NCBI GenBank assembly: GCA_030704615.1
Contig: CM060732.1
Location: 53,940,001 to 54,004,000, forward strand
Origin: Takakia lepidozioides
Taxonomy: Eukaryota; Plantae; Bryophyta
Length of the DNA: 64,000 nt
Direction of reading: 5' to 3'
The first letter of the stretch is position 1; the number at the start of each line of letters is the position of its first letter. The position numbers and the translations under genes are program-made. The notes beneath the pieces were generated by a model, which was not told the DNA's origin, did not search any database, and worked only from the letters and a program-made list of their open reading frames with translations. Below, one piece after another: positions 63,540 through 64,000 of this stretch.

Positions 63540-64000
63540 TAAGATATTATTTATAATTGCCCTTAGGACTTAGGATTGCCCTAAGGAGTACTAATGGGAG
63601 GAAAAAATGAAAATATGTAAATTATTATTTATAATTGCCCTGAGGACTGCTTAGGGTGGCCCTAAGCAGTCCTAAGAGGGGGGAAATGAAAAAATATGTA
63701 TTATTATTTATAATTACCCTTAGGACTTCTTAGGACAGTCCTAAAGAGTCATAGGAAAAAAATGGAAAGACATAAATATTTGCCCTTAAGGCCCGTTTAG
63801 GCAGCCTAAGGGGTTATAAAAGGGGGAGTATGGAAACATATAAATTATTATCTATAATTGCCCTTAGGACTCCTTAGGGCGGCCCTAAGGAGTCCTAAAA
63901 GGGGGAAAATAGAAATATATAAATTATAGGAACATAAACATATATACATTATTATTTATAAATACCCTTAGGACTTCTTAGGATAGTCCTTAGGAGTCCT
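63540..64000. repeat. ~78-bp tandem repeat (attatttataattgcccttaggact..cctaag), runs off the window
   Basis: About 6 imperfect units with internal cttag/ctaag palindromes. Confidence 0.85.

Overview
Eukaryotic, plant-type nuclear DNA; a bryophyte or other early land plant is inferred from the TE and PPR style. The first ~50 kb is a transposon nest. It contains a non-chromovirus Ty3/gypsy element (minus) with an extra upstream ORF, two divergently oriented decayed hAT transposase genes with palindromic subterminal repeat arrays, and three nested copies of one chromodomain-bearing Ty3/gypsy family. It also holds PPR relics, two tRNA-derived SINE families, several hAT-type MITEs with 8-bp TSDs, nested fold-back elements and a complete Ty1/copia element (LTRs, PBS, PPT, TSD). 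The copia element carries an antisense captured exon resembling the mitochondrial ATP synthase 6-kDa subunit. A pseudogene resembling fungal Uma2/Crinkler-type PD-(D/E)XK nucleases follows. The only intact host gene is an 8-exon, 753-aa K+-dependent vacuolar H+-pyrophosphatase (AVP1-type, 52533-58197, +), followed by minisatellites. Family assignments come from recalled motifs; no database search was run.
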